Positions 9,793 through 19,186 of a stretch of DNA of 64,000 bases are shown in pieces; positions within the stretch are counted from its first letter, which is position 1; each line of letters begins with the position of its first letter. The translations under genes and the position numbers were made by a program. The stretch comes from Gammaproteobacteria bacterium (lineage in GTDB: Bacteria; Pseudomonadota; Gammaproteobacteria; Steroidobacterales; Rariloculaceae). Location: positions 115 to 64,114 of the forward strand of contig JBDTOT010000023.1 of the NCBI GenBank assembly GCA_039933105.1, in the 5' to 3' direction. Under the pieces are notes generated by a model. That model was given only the letters and a program-made list of their open reading frames with translations, made no database searches and was not told the origin of the DNA.

Positions 9793-11568
9793 ATGCCATT
9801 CGAATATGGCTCACAACAAGTCGATATCCCGAACCCATTCAAGTTCGAGGGCATGGCCTATACCGCACGGGCGGCGGTGCTGATTGTGCTGGGTCTGGTC
9901 TCGCTATTCACCGTGCGCGGCCTCGTCGCGGACGGGGAGCGTGTCGCCGGCATCGCCGTTGCAGTCGGGGGGCTCGCGCTGCTCGGATTTGGGGCCTACG
10001 CCGCGTACGTGGGTTTGTACAAGGTGTTCCGGTTTTACGTCGGCCGCGGCCAGCCCGCCGATCTCGCTGCGACGGTGTCGTCGGAGCAGACCGTCATGCC
10101 GGGCACGCGTACGGGCGGCACCACGGGATACCGCGGCATCTATCAGCCGAACGTCCTCGCAGACATGTTGCTCGGCCGCAAGAACCCCACGTTTCAGGAG
10201 CCCGAAGGCTGGCTGCCGCGGCTGCTCCACAGCGTTGCACCGACCCTGATTTTTCTGCCGTACGCGCTGCGCAACGATTCGGGTCTACGCTTCGCGGCCG
10301 CGGCGCACAGCTTGGTGCTGCTGATCCTGCTCGGCCTCGCGTGGTTCTCCGGGGTCACGGGCATCGTGCCGATGGCCGGCACGAGCATTATGGCGTGGCT
10401 CGTGTCCGTGGTGACGCTGCTGCTACTCGCGATTTGGTTACGGCAGGCCCTGAGACTGCAACCTTCGAATCGCATTGCGATGCTGCGTTTCTCTCCGCTA
10501 GGCCTCGCCTTTTGGGCCACGGTGGCCGTGCTGGCGCCCGTCGTGCTCGTGGGCCTGAACCGCGTCCAGCCGCTGCCGGCGCCTACCATCTCGCCGTACC
10601 CGTGGTTTGCGTTGACGTTGCTGGTGGCGATCGCGGCCACGGGCTTTAGCCTCTATTTGAGCTTGCGCCGCGCGCCGAAGACGCCACCGCCCACGGCCGT
10701 GACCGAATATCGCGAGCACTGGCAGGAGTCGGTGCACCCGATGGACATCTTCCGCGCGATCGAGATCACGCTCGCGAAGCACAGGTTTCAGGAGATTCCG
10801 AACCGCGTTTACGTGAACGATGTGCCGCAGCTCGTAGCGCAAGGCTCGCAGAACAAAGGCGAGTTCGAAGGCCGCACGTTGCAGGAAGTGCAGCCGAGGC
10901 CTATCGCCGATCGGCGCAGCGATGCGTTGCTGCGGATCGCGATCACCGTCGGCCAGGTGTTACTTGCGGCAGGCGGCATCGCCGTGTTCACGGTGCTGGT
11001 CCGGTTGCCCGACATCCCCATGACGTCCATCGTGCAGACGCTGCTCGGCGCCGCGATCCTGTGGACGCTCGGCATGTTGGTGGCGCACACGGCAAATTTG
11101 TACGTGTCCGAAATCGAGTTCGAGTCGGACCTGATCGTGTTCCAGGCCACGGGCACGTTCGCCGAGTCGCGCCTCGCGACGGGTATGAGCATTTACGACT
11201 CTACCCGCTCGGAGAACACGATCGTGCGCTCGAGCCTTACGCCGTGGCTGCTCGTCAGCAAGATCCACAGCAGCACGCTGGCCGTGAGTGGTTCCGACAA
11301 CCTCGAACAACCGCGCCTGGTGCTCGGCATGAGCCCCGACGACGATTTGTGCCGCGACCTCGTGAGCGATGCGCGGGCGTTTCTGCACGACCGGCAGATC
11401 ATGGCCACGGTGGCGTCGGAGTCGGATCTTCAGGCTGCTTCGAACATCTATCAGATGAACGAGCGCACGCGTGCCGCGCAAGCGGGCCAGCCCGGTCAGC
11501 CGCAGATCAGCCAGGATATGCGCGACGACAAGCGGCTGCCCGGCGGCGGCAATCCTCCGAGTAGCTGA
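9793..11568 (+). CDS. large polytopic membrane protein, unknown function
   Basis: ATG at 9793 preceded by GAGG (the track ORF starts at GTG 9748). About 8-10 hydrophobic segments and a soluble C-terminal region of about 130 aa. No family recognised. Confidence 0.6.
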   Translation: MPFEYGSQQVDIPNPFKFEGMAYTARAAVLIVLGLVSLFTVRGLVADGERVAGIAVAVGGLALLGFGAYAAYVGLYKVFRFYVGRGQPADLAATVSSEQTVMPGTRTGGTTGYRGIYQPNVLADMLLGRKNPTFQEPEGWLPRLLHSVAPTLIFLPYALRNDSGLRFAAAAHSLVLLILLGLAWFSGVTGIVPMAGTSIMAWLVSVVTLLLLAIWLRQALRLQPSNRIAMLRFSPLGLAFWATVAVLAPVVLVGLNRVQPLPAPTISPYPWFALTLLVAIAATGFSLYLSLRRAPKTPPPTAVTEYREHWQESVHPMDIFRAIEITLAKHRFQEIPNRVYVNDVPQLVAQGSQNKGEFEGRTLQEVQPRPIADRRSDALLRIAITVGQVLLAAGGIAVFTVLVRLPDIPMTSIVQTLLGAAILWTLGMLVAHTANLYVSEIEFESDLIVFQATGTFAESRLATGMSIYDSTRSENTIVRSSLTPWLLVSKIHSSTLAVSGSDNLEQPRLVLGMSPDDDLCRDLVSDARAFLHDRQIMATVASESDLQAASNIYQMNERTRAAQAGQPGQPQISQDMRDDKRLPGGGNPPSS

Positions 11569-11690
11569 GTCGTTCGACCGAGAGCGTTGCGCTGAGTAAC
11601 TTTCACCGTCTCTTCATTACTGCGCCGGCCGGCACCGCCGACCTCGCGGCCGCCGAGCTCACCGCATTTGGTGCGACCGAAGTCAAAGCG

Positions 11691-13850
11691 TTGCGCGCGG
11701 GCGTCGAATGCGCGGGTACGCTCGAGCATGCCTACCGCGCGTGCCTCTGGTCGCGTGTCGCGAATCGCGTGTTGCTGCCGATCGCGCAGTTCGCTGCGCC
11801 AACGCCCGAGGCGTTGTACGAAGGTGCACGCGGTGTGGACTGGAGCGCGCATCTAGCCACCGACGGCACGCTCGCGGTCGATTGCACGACCGGCCGGTCC
11901 GCAATCACGCACACGCAGTACGCGGCGCTGAAAGTCAAAGACGCCGTCGTCGATCAATTCCGCGAACGTACCGGTACGCGGCCGTCGGTCGACGTGGCCA
12001 CCCCGGACGTGCAGCTGAACCTGCACATCGATCGTGATATGGCCACGCTTGCCATCGATCTCTCTGGCGACAGCCTGCACCGCCGCGGCTATCGCGGCCC
12101 GCAGGGCGCCGCGCCGCTGAAGGAGAACCTCGCGGCGGCGATTCTGCTGCGCGCCGGTTGGGCGGAGATCTCGCGGGCGGAGCACGGCCCCGTGGGGTTG
12201 GTGGATCCGATGTGCGGCGCCGGCAGCCTCGTGATCGAGGCCGCGCTCATCGCGGGCGACGTGGCGCCGGGGTTATTGCGTAAGTACTTCGGCTTCCTGC
12301 GTTGGCGGGGCCACGATGCACCCCTATGGCAGGGGCTGATCGAGGAAGCCAACGCGCGGCGCGCCGCCGGCAGCCTCGCGCACGTCGCGCTGCGCGGGTA
12401 CGACCGCGACCCCGCGGCCGTCCGGTCGACGCTCGACAACGCAGCGCGCGCCGGTTTTGAGCGCCTCGTGCACGCCGAGCGACGAGAGCTCACCGATTTG
12501 CCGGCGGCGCCCGCGCCGCGCGGCCTCGTGGTCGTGAACCCGCCGTATGGCGAACGCATCGGCGAGGTGACCGAGCTCGCCGAGACGTATGCGCTGCTCG
12601 GCCGCAAGCTACGCGAGGGTTTTCTCGGTTGGCAGGCGGCGGTCTTCACGGGTAACCCGCCCCTCGGCCGCGAGCTCGGGTTGAAGGCCAAGCGCACGCA
12701 CACGATGTTCAACGGCCCGATCGAATGCCGGTTGCTGCGAATCGGCATCGACGCGAAGCACTTCGAGACGAAGCGCACGCCGGGCGCGCTGCCGGAGCTA
12801 AACGAAGAGGCGCGCGCGCGGCCGGGCGCCGACATGTTCGCGAATCGTCTGCGCAAGAACGCAGCAGCGCTCGGCGCGTGGGCCCGCCGCGAAGGTGTTG
12901 CCTGCTATCGCGTGTATGACGCCGACATGCCGGAGTACGCGTTCTCCATCGACGTGTATGCGGACTCCACCGATGCGGCGGCGCAGCGCTGGCTGTACGT
13001 GCAGGAGTACGCGCCGCCCGCAACCATCGACCCCGAGAAAGCGCGCGCGCGGCGCCAAGAGGCGTTCGCTGTGATCCCGGAGACGCTCGGTGTGGTGCGT
13101 GAGCGCGCGCATCTGCGCGTGCGGCGCAAACAGAAGGGTGGGGCGCAATACTCGAAGGTCAGCGAGCGCGGCGAGTTCGACCTCGTGACCGAGGGCGGCT
13201 TGTCGCTGTATGTGAATTTCACCGATTACCTCGACACCGGCTTGTTCCTCGATCACCGGCCCACGCGCGCTCGGATTCGCGAGCTCGCATCAGCGAAACG
13301 GTTTCTGAACTTGTTCGCCTATACGGGCACGGCCTCGGTGTTCGCGGCCGCCGGGGGCGCGCGCTCCACGACCACGATCGACATGTCACACACGTATCTC
13401 GACTGGGCGCGCCGCAATCTCGACCACAACGGCTTCACCGACGCACGCAAGCACGATTTGATTCAGGCCGATGTGCTGCAGTGGCTAGAGGAACGATCGC
13501 CCGATCGCTACGACCTGATCTTTCTCGATCCGCCGACTTTGTCGCGCTCGAAACGCATGGAGACGGAGTTCGATCTGCAGCGCGATCACGTGACACTGAT
13601 CCGGAACACGTTGACGCGGTTGGCCCCGGGGGGGCTGCTGATCTTCTCGAACAATTTCCGCAAGTTTCGGCTCGACGCCGAGGCGCTCGCCGAATTTGCC
13701 GTGCAGGACGTCACCGCCGCGACGATTCCGCACGACTTCGCGCGCAATCAACGCATTCACCAGTGCTTCGAGATTCGCGTGCCGGGCGGTGCCGCGAAAA
13801 CCGCCAAGCCGCTACTCTCGATTTGGGGCAAACCGCCCGCAAAAAAGTAG
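11691..13850 (+). CDS. rlmL: bifunctional 23S rRNA (guanine2069-N7)/(guanine2445-N2) methyltransferase RlmK/RlmL
   Basis: Colinear by eye with E. coli RlmL (THUMP region, DPMCGSG, NPPYGER, YRVYDADMPEY, DYLDTGLFLDHR, DPPTLSRSKRM). Similarity continues upstream of the first canonical start to about 11601 (see finding). Confidence 0.9.
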   Translation: MRAGVECAGTLEHAYRACLWSRVANRVLLPIAQFAAPTPEALYEGARGVDWSAHLATDGTLAVDCTTGRSAITHTQYAALKVKDAVVDQFRERTGTRPSVDVATPDVQLNLHIDRDMATLAIDLSGDSLHRRGYRGPQGAAPLKENLAAAILLRAGWAEISRAEHGPVGLVDPMCGAGSLVIEAALIAGDVAPGLLRKYFGFLRWRGHDAPLWQGLIEEANARRAAGSLAHVALRGYDRDPAAVRSTLDNAARAGFERLVHAERRELTDLPAAPAPRGLVVVNPPYGERIGEVTELAETYALLGRKLREGFLGWQAAVFTGNPPLGRELGLKAKRTHTMFNGPIECRLLRIGIDAKHFETKRTPGALPELNEEARARPGADMFANRLRKNAAALGAWARREGVACYRVYDADMPEYAFSIDVYADSTDAAAQRWLYVQEYAPPATIDPEKARARRQEAFAVIPETLGVVRERAHLRVRRKQKGGAQYSKVSERGEFDLVTEGGLSLYVNFTDYLDTGLFLDHRPTRARIRELASAKRFLNLFAYTGTASVFAAAGGARSTTTIDMSHTYLDWARRNLDHNGFTDARKHDLIQADVLQWLEERSPDRYDLIFLDPPTLSRSKRMETEFDLQRDHVTLIRNTLTRLAPGGLLIFSNNFRKFRLDAEALAEFAVQDVTAATIPHDFARNQRIHQCFEIRVPGGAAKTAKPLLSIWGKPPAKK

Positions 13851-14561
13851 CGCGCCTTCGAACAGCGCGTACATCGGCAGCGCGATCATCGTCTGCGACA
13901 ACACGTCGGGTGGTGTGAGCATCATGCCGACGACGAACGCGCCGAGGAATACGTACGCACGTGACTTGGCCAGCGCCTCGCGCGTGACGAGACCGGTCCA
14001 GACGCTGACGACGATCGCGACGGGCACCTGGAACGCGAAGCCGAATGCGAGCGTCATGCCGATCGTGAAGTCCAGGAACGAGTTGATGTCCGGCAGGATC
14101 TTCACGCCGTGCGGCGCCTGAGTCGCAAAGAAGCCAAACGCCATGGGTAGGACAAGAAAGTAAGAGAACGCTACACCCACATAGAACAGCGCCACGCTTG
14201 CGAACACGAACGGCAGGGCGATTTTGCGCGCGCGCGCCGGCAGCCATTGATCGATGAGCTTCCAGAGCTGATACAGCAGGGCGGGCATCGAGATGAATAC
14301 CGCGAGCCAGAAAATGGTCTTGAGCGGAGTCGTGAATGGGCCGGTGACATGCTTGCTGATCAGCGTGGAGCCGATCGGCAGGCGCGTCATGATGGGCGTG
14401 GCGATCTGGGTGAAGATCTGGTTCTGCCAGGGCGTCATGATCGCGAACACGCCGAGCAGCGACAGGATGGCCTTGAACAAGCGCGAACGTAGCTCGTAGG
14501 CGGCGGCCAGCAGGCGGGCGCCGAGTTGCTTGGTCTCGGGATCGATGAGGAGGTCGGCCAC
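13812..14561 (-). CDS. tatC: twin-arginine translocase subunit TatC
   Basis: 249 aa, colinear with E. coli TatC (ELRSRL, PFTTPLK, LYQLW, GAFVVGMMLTPPDVLSQTMIALPMY). No tatA or tatB gene is adjacent. Confidence 0.9.
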   Translation of the reverse strand: MADLLIDPETKQLGARLLAAAYELRSRLFKAILSLLGVFAIMTPWQNQIFTQIATPIMTRLPIGSTLISKHVTGPFTTPLKTIFWLAVFISMPALLYQLWKLIDQWLPARARKIALPFVFASVALFYVGVAFSYFLVLPMAFGFFATQAPHGVKILPDINSFLDFTIGMTLAFGFAFQVPVAIVVSVWTGLVTREALAKSRAYVFLGAFVVGMMLTPPDVLSQTMIALPMYALFEGALLFCGRFAPNRE

Positions 14562-14631
14562 ACGCGCATTCTAAACGAAGAGTTTCCAAGGAAACCCGCT
14601 AGACTTTGGGAATCTCGATGGAGGATGAACC

Positions 14632-15186
14632 ATGACGACGATCGTCGGAATCGCCGGCAGCCTGCGCAAAGGCTCGTTCAACGCGGCCCTGTTGCGTGCG
14701 GCCGTGGGCTCCATGCCAGCGGGCAGCACGCTCGAGCAGGCGACGATCGCCGGCATCCCCCTGTACAACGCCGACGTCGAGGCCGCGCAGGGCATTCCAC
14801 CGCCGGTCGCGAGCCTGAAAGATCGTCTGGCCGCTGCGGACGGGCTATTGCTCGTGACACCCGAATACAACAACTCGATCCCCGGCGTGTTGAAGAACGC
14901 GATCGACTGGTTGTCGCGACCCGACTCCGACATCTCGCGCGTGTTCGGCGGCAAACGCGTAGCGCTGATCGGTGCTTCGCCCGGTGGCTTTGGCACGATC
15001 CTGTCGCAAAACGCCTGGCTGCCGGTGCTGAAGACGCTGGGGATGGACCTGTGGGCCGGCAAGAAACTGCTGGTATCGCGCGCCAAGATGGTGTTCGACG
15101 AAGCGGGCAACCTCACGGATGCGAAGGTCGCCGAGCAGTTGACGGCGTTCCTGCAGGGCTTCGTGGCGTTCGCCGCACGCCGCTGA
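14632..15186 (+). CDS. NAD(P)H-dependent FMN reductase family oxidoreductase
   Basis: 184 aa with the motifs GSLRKGSFNAALLRAA and TPEYNNSIPGVLKNAIDWLSRP, typical of this family. Confidence 0.85.
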   Translation: MTTIVGIAGSLRKGSFNAALLRAAVGSMPAGSTLEQATIAGIPLYNADVEAAQGIPPPVASLKDRLAAADGLLLVTPEYNNSIPGVLKNAIDWLSRPDSDISRVFGGKRVALIGASPGGFGTILSQNAWLPVLKTLGMDLWAGKKLLVSRAKMVFDEAGNLTDAKVAEQLTAFLQGFVAFAARR

Positions 15187-15248
15187 ACTCGCTCGGGCTG
15201 TAGTACCATTCGGCATCGTGTGGGGATTCATTTGGAGGCGTGTTGGCT

Positions 15249-16103
15249 ATGAAGAAACAGTCGTGGCTCGGAGTTGTGGCGCTTGCGGTCGGTTGCTTCG
15301 CACTGCCGGCCGCCCAGGCACAGTTCGGCGACAAGCCCTCGAAGCTCTCGCTGGTCAAAGTGCAAGACGACCTGTACGTGATCCACAACGACGCCGTGCC
15401 GGGCAACACGACGGCGCTGATCACGAACCAGGGCGTAATCCTTGTCGACGATAAGTTCGAGATCGATCACGACAACATCATGGCGATGCTGAAGACCGTG
15501 ACGAATCAGCCGGTGAAGTATGTCGTCAACACGCACTTCCACGGCGACCACAGCGGCGGCAACGCCAAGATGCAGGCCGGCGGTACGTTGGCCGTGGCGT
15601 CTGCGCAGGCCCGCGCGCGCATGGTCGACGGCAAGATGAGCGGTCTGCCGGACATCACGATCGCGCCGCGCGGCACGCTGTATCTTGGCGGCAAAGTGGC
15701 AGAGATCTACTGGCTGGGGCGTTCGCACACGGACGGCGACGTCGTGGTGCTGTTCCCGCAGAACCGCGCCATCGCCATGGGCGACATGTATACGAACGGC
15801 GAAGGCACCCCGCAGCTGATCGACTACTCTGGCGGCGGCAGTGCGAAAGAGTGGACGGCCACGGTCGAGAACGCACTGAAGCTCGATTTTGACACGGTGA
15901 TCCCGGGTCACGGCAACGTTGTGAAGAAGGCCGATCTCATCGCGTTCCGCGATAGCACGAAGCGCCTCACCGAACTCATCACGCAGCAGGTCAAGCAGAA
16001 CAAGTCGAAGGCCGACGTCGAAGCGACGATGCGCAAGGAGTTCGGCTGGCAGGACTTCCACGTGCAGATGGCGCTCGACGGCCTGATCAAAGAGATGCGC
16101 TGA
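15249..16103 (+). CDS. secreted MBL-fold metallo-hydrolase
   Basis: Signal peptide MKKQSWLGVVALAVGCFALPAAQA. It has the HFHGDHSGGN motif and later H and D ligands. The track ORF starts 9 nt upstream at GTG. Confidence 0.8.
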   Translation: MKKQSWLGVVALAVGCFALPAAQAQFGDKPSKLSLVKVQDDLYVIHNDAVPGNTTALITNQGVILVDDKFEIDHDNIMAMLKTVTNQPVKYVVNTHFHGDHSGGNAKMQAGGTLAVASAQARARMVDGKMSGLPDITIAPRGTLYLGGKVAEIYWLGRSHTDGDVVVLFPQNRAIAMGDMYTNGEGTPQLIDYSGGGSAKEWTATVENALKLDFDTVIPGHGNVVKKADLIAFRDSTKRLTELITQQVKQNKSKADVEATMRKEFGWQDFHVQMALDGLIKEMR

Positions 16104-16107
16104 ACTG

Positions 16108-16131
16108 ACCCGCGGCCTTTCGGCCGCGGGT
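16108..16131 (+). terminator. GC-rich hairpin after the MBL gene (terminator-like)
   Basis: ACCCGCGGCC-TTTC-GGCCGCGGGT lies 5 nt after the stop at 16103. It is followed by only TT, so the T-tract is weak. Confidence 0.4.
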
Positions 16132-16180
16132 TGGCGTAGCGTGGCAGCCGCGCCCGTCTGGCCACGAGGGTGACTCCACG

Positions 16181-16918
16181 GTGAGACGCGATTTGCTCGT
16201 TCTCGTCATGGGGCTGACGCTGCTCGCGAGTAGTATCGCGTGCGCGCAGTTCGGCCGCAGGTTCGGGCGCCAGATCCAGGACAACGACGCGCCGCCCACC
16301 GAGTTCGTCGCGATGCGCTGGCATTTCGGCACGAACGGCGCGATCGGCCACATGGGCTGGTCGCACAACTACCCGGAATCCGAGATCAACCTGAACGGCT
16401 TCATCGGACGTACGACGCGCGTCGACGTCGAAGACAACTCATACCGGCTCATAGAGCTCGGCAGCCCTGAAATCTTCGATTACCCATTCGCCTATATTTC
16501 CGAGCCCGGCGAGATGGAGATGACGCAGACCGAGGTCGCAAACCTGCGCGAGTACATCCTTCGCGGCGGCTTCATTCTGATCGACGACTTCGACACCTGG
16601 CACATGAACAACCTGCGCGAGGAAATGCACCGCGCACTTCCCGAACGCGACTTCGAACGGCTCGACGGCGCCAACGCCATCTGGGACCTCGTATTCAAGG
16701 TCGAAGACCTCGAGAGCATGGCGCCGTATGTGCAAGGCGACGACCCCGTGTACTACGGACTCGTCAACGACGTGAGCCAGATCGCGATCATGGCGCTGCA
16801 CAACAATGACCTTGCAAACTTCTGGGAGTGGTACGGCAGCCCGCAGTATCCGTTGCGCCCGGCTACGGACGCGTTCCGCATGGGCACGAACTTCGTCGTG
16901 CACGCCATGACGCATTGA
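16181..16918 (+). CDS. DUF4159-like secreted protein
   Basis: 245 aa with a signal peptide. GWSHNYPESEINL and GGFILIDDF motifs match my recollection of DUF4159 family proteins. Confidence 0.65.
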   Translation: MRRDLLVLVMGLTLLASSIACAQFGRRFGRQIQDNDAPPTEFVAMRWHFGTNGAIGHMGWSHNYPESEINLNGFIGRTTRVDVEDNSYRLIELGSPEIFDYPFAYISEPGEMEMTQTEVANLREYILRGGFILIDDFDTWHMNNLREEMHRALPERDFERLDGANAIWDLVFKVEDLESMAPYVQGDDPVYYGLVNDVSQIAIMALHNNDLANFWEWYGSPQYPLRPATDAFRMGTNFVVHAMTH

Positions 16919-16941
16919 ACAGCGACACAAGAGGACACAGG

Positions 16942-17877
16942 ATGACACTCGACACAGAATCGACACGGCGCGAGTTCCTGCAGCGCGGCGCGTTACTGAC
17001 CGCGGCCGCAAGCGTCGCGAGCTCGCTGCCGCTCGCGGCGCTCGCACAGCGCGGCGTGCCGCAGCGGCCGATCCCGAGCACGGGCGAGATGCTGCCGGTG
17101 ATCGGCTTGGGTTCGAGCAAAGTGGTGGAGGAGATCGCGGCGAAAGGCAGCGACCCGGCGCTCGGCGTGCTGCGCGCCCTCGTGGCGAACGGCGGCAAGT
17201 TCGTCGACACGTGGCCGCGCAACGCCGACAACGATGCGGCGTTCGGCCGTTTGCTCGCGCTGCCGGAATTCAACGGCAAGCTGTTTGTGACCACGAAGGT
17301 CGATCAGGTCGGCAAGGACGTCGGCATTGCGCAGTTCAAACAGGCGCAGAAGCTGTATGGTCGGCAGACGCTCGACCTCGTGCAGATCTTCAGCCTCGTG
17401 GACGTCGATACGCACTGGCCGAGTCTGAAGCAGTGGAAGGCCGAGGGCGCGGCCCGTTACATCGGCGTCACGGTATCGCAGCCCGCAAAGTACGCGGATC
17501 TCGAACGGTTTCTGGCGCGCGAGAAACCGGATTTCGTGCAGATGAACTACTCGATCACGGAGCGCGGCGTCGAGCAACGGCTGCTCAAGGTGGCCCACGA
17601 TCGCGGGGTGGCCATCGTGATCAACCGGCCGTTCATGAACGGCGCGTACTTCGACAAGCTCAACGGCAAACCGCTGCCCGAGTGGGCGGCCGAGTTCGAG
17701 TGCGGCACGTGGGCGCAGTTCTCCTTGAAATACATACTGGCGAATCCGCTCTTGACCTGTGTGCTGACGGAGACCGCCAACCCGCAGCACATGATGGACA
17801 ACCTCGTTACGGCGCTCGGACCGCTGCCCGATGCGGCAGCGCGCCAGCGTATGCGCGAAGTCATCGATCGAGTCTGA
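16942..17877 (+). CDS. aldo/keto reductase with twin-arginine signal
   Basis: ATG at 16942 preceded by GAGGA. It has TRREFLQRGALLTAAASVA (Tat-like). The AKR core follows (IGLGS, DTWPRNADN, YIGVT, QMNYS). Confidence 0.85.
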   Translation: MTLDTESTRREFLQRGALLTAAASVASSLPLAALAQRGVPQRPIPSTGEMLPVIGLGSSKVVEEIAAKGSDPALGVLRALVANGGKFVDTWPRNADNDAAFGRLLALPEFNGKLFVTTKVDQVGKDVGIAQFKQAQKLYGRQTLDLVQIFSLVDVDTHWPSLKQWKAEGAARYIGVTVSQPAKYADLERFLAREKPDFVQMNYSITERGVEQRLLKVAHDRGVAIVINRPFMNGAYFDKLNGKPLPEWAAEFECGTWAQFSLKYILANPLLTCVLTETANPQHMMDNLVTALGPLPDAAARQRMREVIDRV

Positions 17878-17910
17878 AGCCGCGGGATCGGCCTCATCAA
17901 GGAGCCAACA

Positions 17911-18522
17911 ATGCGTTCGATTCTGCTGCTGGGCGTCGTCGTCTCGGTTGTGATCGCGTTTGCGATCGGCCGACTGTCGGCGCAGGAGTCTCCGGCGTCG
18001 TGCCGGATGTGTCCGTCCACGTACATCCCGGCCAGCGAGATCGCAGAGTTCACGGCGCTTGGGCGCGCGGACCTGTCGCTGCTCGATCAGCAGATGCGCG
18101 CGATCGACATTGGCAAGTCGCAGGTCGAGGTCGCTCTCGTGCATCGCGGCAAACTGGACAAGGTGGGTGCGCGCTCGGTGGCCGAGCACGATCTCGTGAG
18201 CGAGGTGTATTACGTACTGAGCGGCTCCGGCACCAACCGAACGGGGCCGGACCTCGTGGACCAGAAGCGGCGGCCGGCCACGGACCGCGCCGTGCGTCTG
18301 CTGAACGGCCCCGGCGGCGACGCAGCCGACATACGCAACGCCGCGGAGCACGAGCTCAAGGCCGGCGACGTGCTTGTCATTCCCGCCGGCACCGGCCACC
18401 AATTCACGAAGATCGACGATCACATTACGTATCTGGTGGTCCGCGTCGACCCGGACAAGGTGGTTCCCCTCATGGACGAAGCCGCTTCGCAAGCCTATCG
18501 TGCCGCCCATCGGCGGAAGTAG
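17911..18522 (+). CDS. membrane-anchored or secreted cupin-domain protein
   Basis: 203 aa with a hydrophobic N-terminus. HDLVSEVYYVLSGSG ... GDVLVIPAGTGHQF has a cupin-like two-motif pattern. Confidence 0.6.
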   Translation: MRSILLLGVVVSVVIAFAIGRLSAQESPASCRMCPSTYIPASEIAEFTALGRADLSLLDQQMRAIDIGKSQVEVALVHRGKLDKVGARSVAEHDLVSEVYYVLSGSGTNRTGPDLVDQKRRPATDRAVRLLNGPGGDAADIRNAAEHELKAGDVLVIPAGTGHQFTKIDDHITYLVVRVDPDKVVPLMDEAASQAYRAAHRRK

Positions 18523-18531
18523 AGTGGCGGC

Positions 18532-19173
18532 ATGAGAATCGATTTCGTTGCAGACGTGGCGTGCCCGTGGTGCGCAATCGGCTTGGCCGCGCTCGACACG
18601 GCGATCGAGCGCATTGGACCTTCCCTCGAGGTCGAGCTGCACATGCAGCCGTTCGAATTGAATCCCGGCATGCCGCCGGAAGGCGATGAGGTTGCGAACT
18701 ACCTCAAGAGCAAATACGGCATGTCGGACGAACAGCTCGTCGCCGGCCAGACGCAGCTCAAAGCGCGTGGTGCAGAGGAAGGCTTCGAATTCGGCGAACG
18801 CAAGTACGTGTGGAATACGTTCGACGCACATCGAATGGTGCGGTGGTCGGCCACGGAGGGCGCACCGGGCGCGCAACATGCACTGAAGCGCGCGATGTTC
18901 GTGGCGTATCACGGCGAAGGCCGCAACCCGTCCGATCCGGGCGTGCTGATCGATCTCGTCACTGCAGTCGGACTCGACGTCGACCGCGCGCGGGAGGTGC
19001 TTGCCTCGGACGCGTTCGCCGACGAGGTGCGTGCTGCCGAGCAGTTCTGGCAGGAGATCGGCATCCATGCCGTGCCGGCCGTCGTGATCAACCGCAAGCA
19101 CTTGATCTCGGGCGGCCAGCCGAGCGCGGTATTCGAGCGCGCGTTGCGCGAGCTCGCCGAAGAACAAGAGTAG
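18532..19173 (+). CDS. DsbA-family oxidoreductase (FrnE/2-hydroxychromene-2-carboxylate isomerase-like)
   Basis: 213 aa with a CPWC active-site motif at the N-terminus (DVACPWCAIG) and a ...HAVPAVVI... cis-Pro region. Confidence 0.85.
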   Translation: MRIDFVADVACPWCAIGLAALDTAIERIGPSLEVELHMQPFELNPGMPPEGDEVANYLKSKYGMSDEQLVAGQTQLKARGAEEGFEFGERKYVWNTFDAHRMVRWSATEGAPGAQHALKRAMFVAYHGEGRNPSDPGVLIDLVTAVGLDVDRAREVLASDAFADEVRAAEQFWQEIGIHAVPAVVINRKHLISGGQPSAVFERALRELAEEQE

Positions 19174-19186
19174 GAAGGAGCGGCAC

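Noticed and set aside
11630-11650. Apparent frameshift near the rlmL N-terminus
   Set aside because: This arose from my own mis-transcription of a line break. On re-reading, GGC ACC GCC GAC CTC GCG is continuous and in frame. Only the lack of a canonical start codon remains, and that is reported separately.
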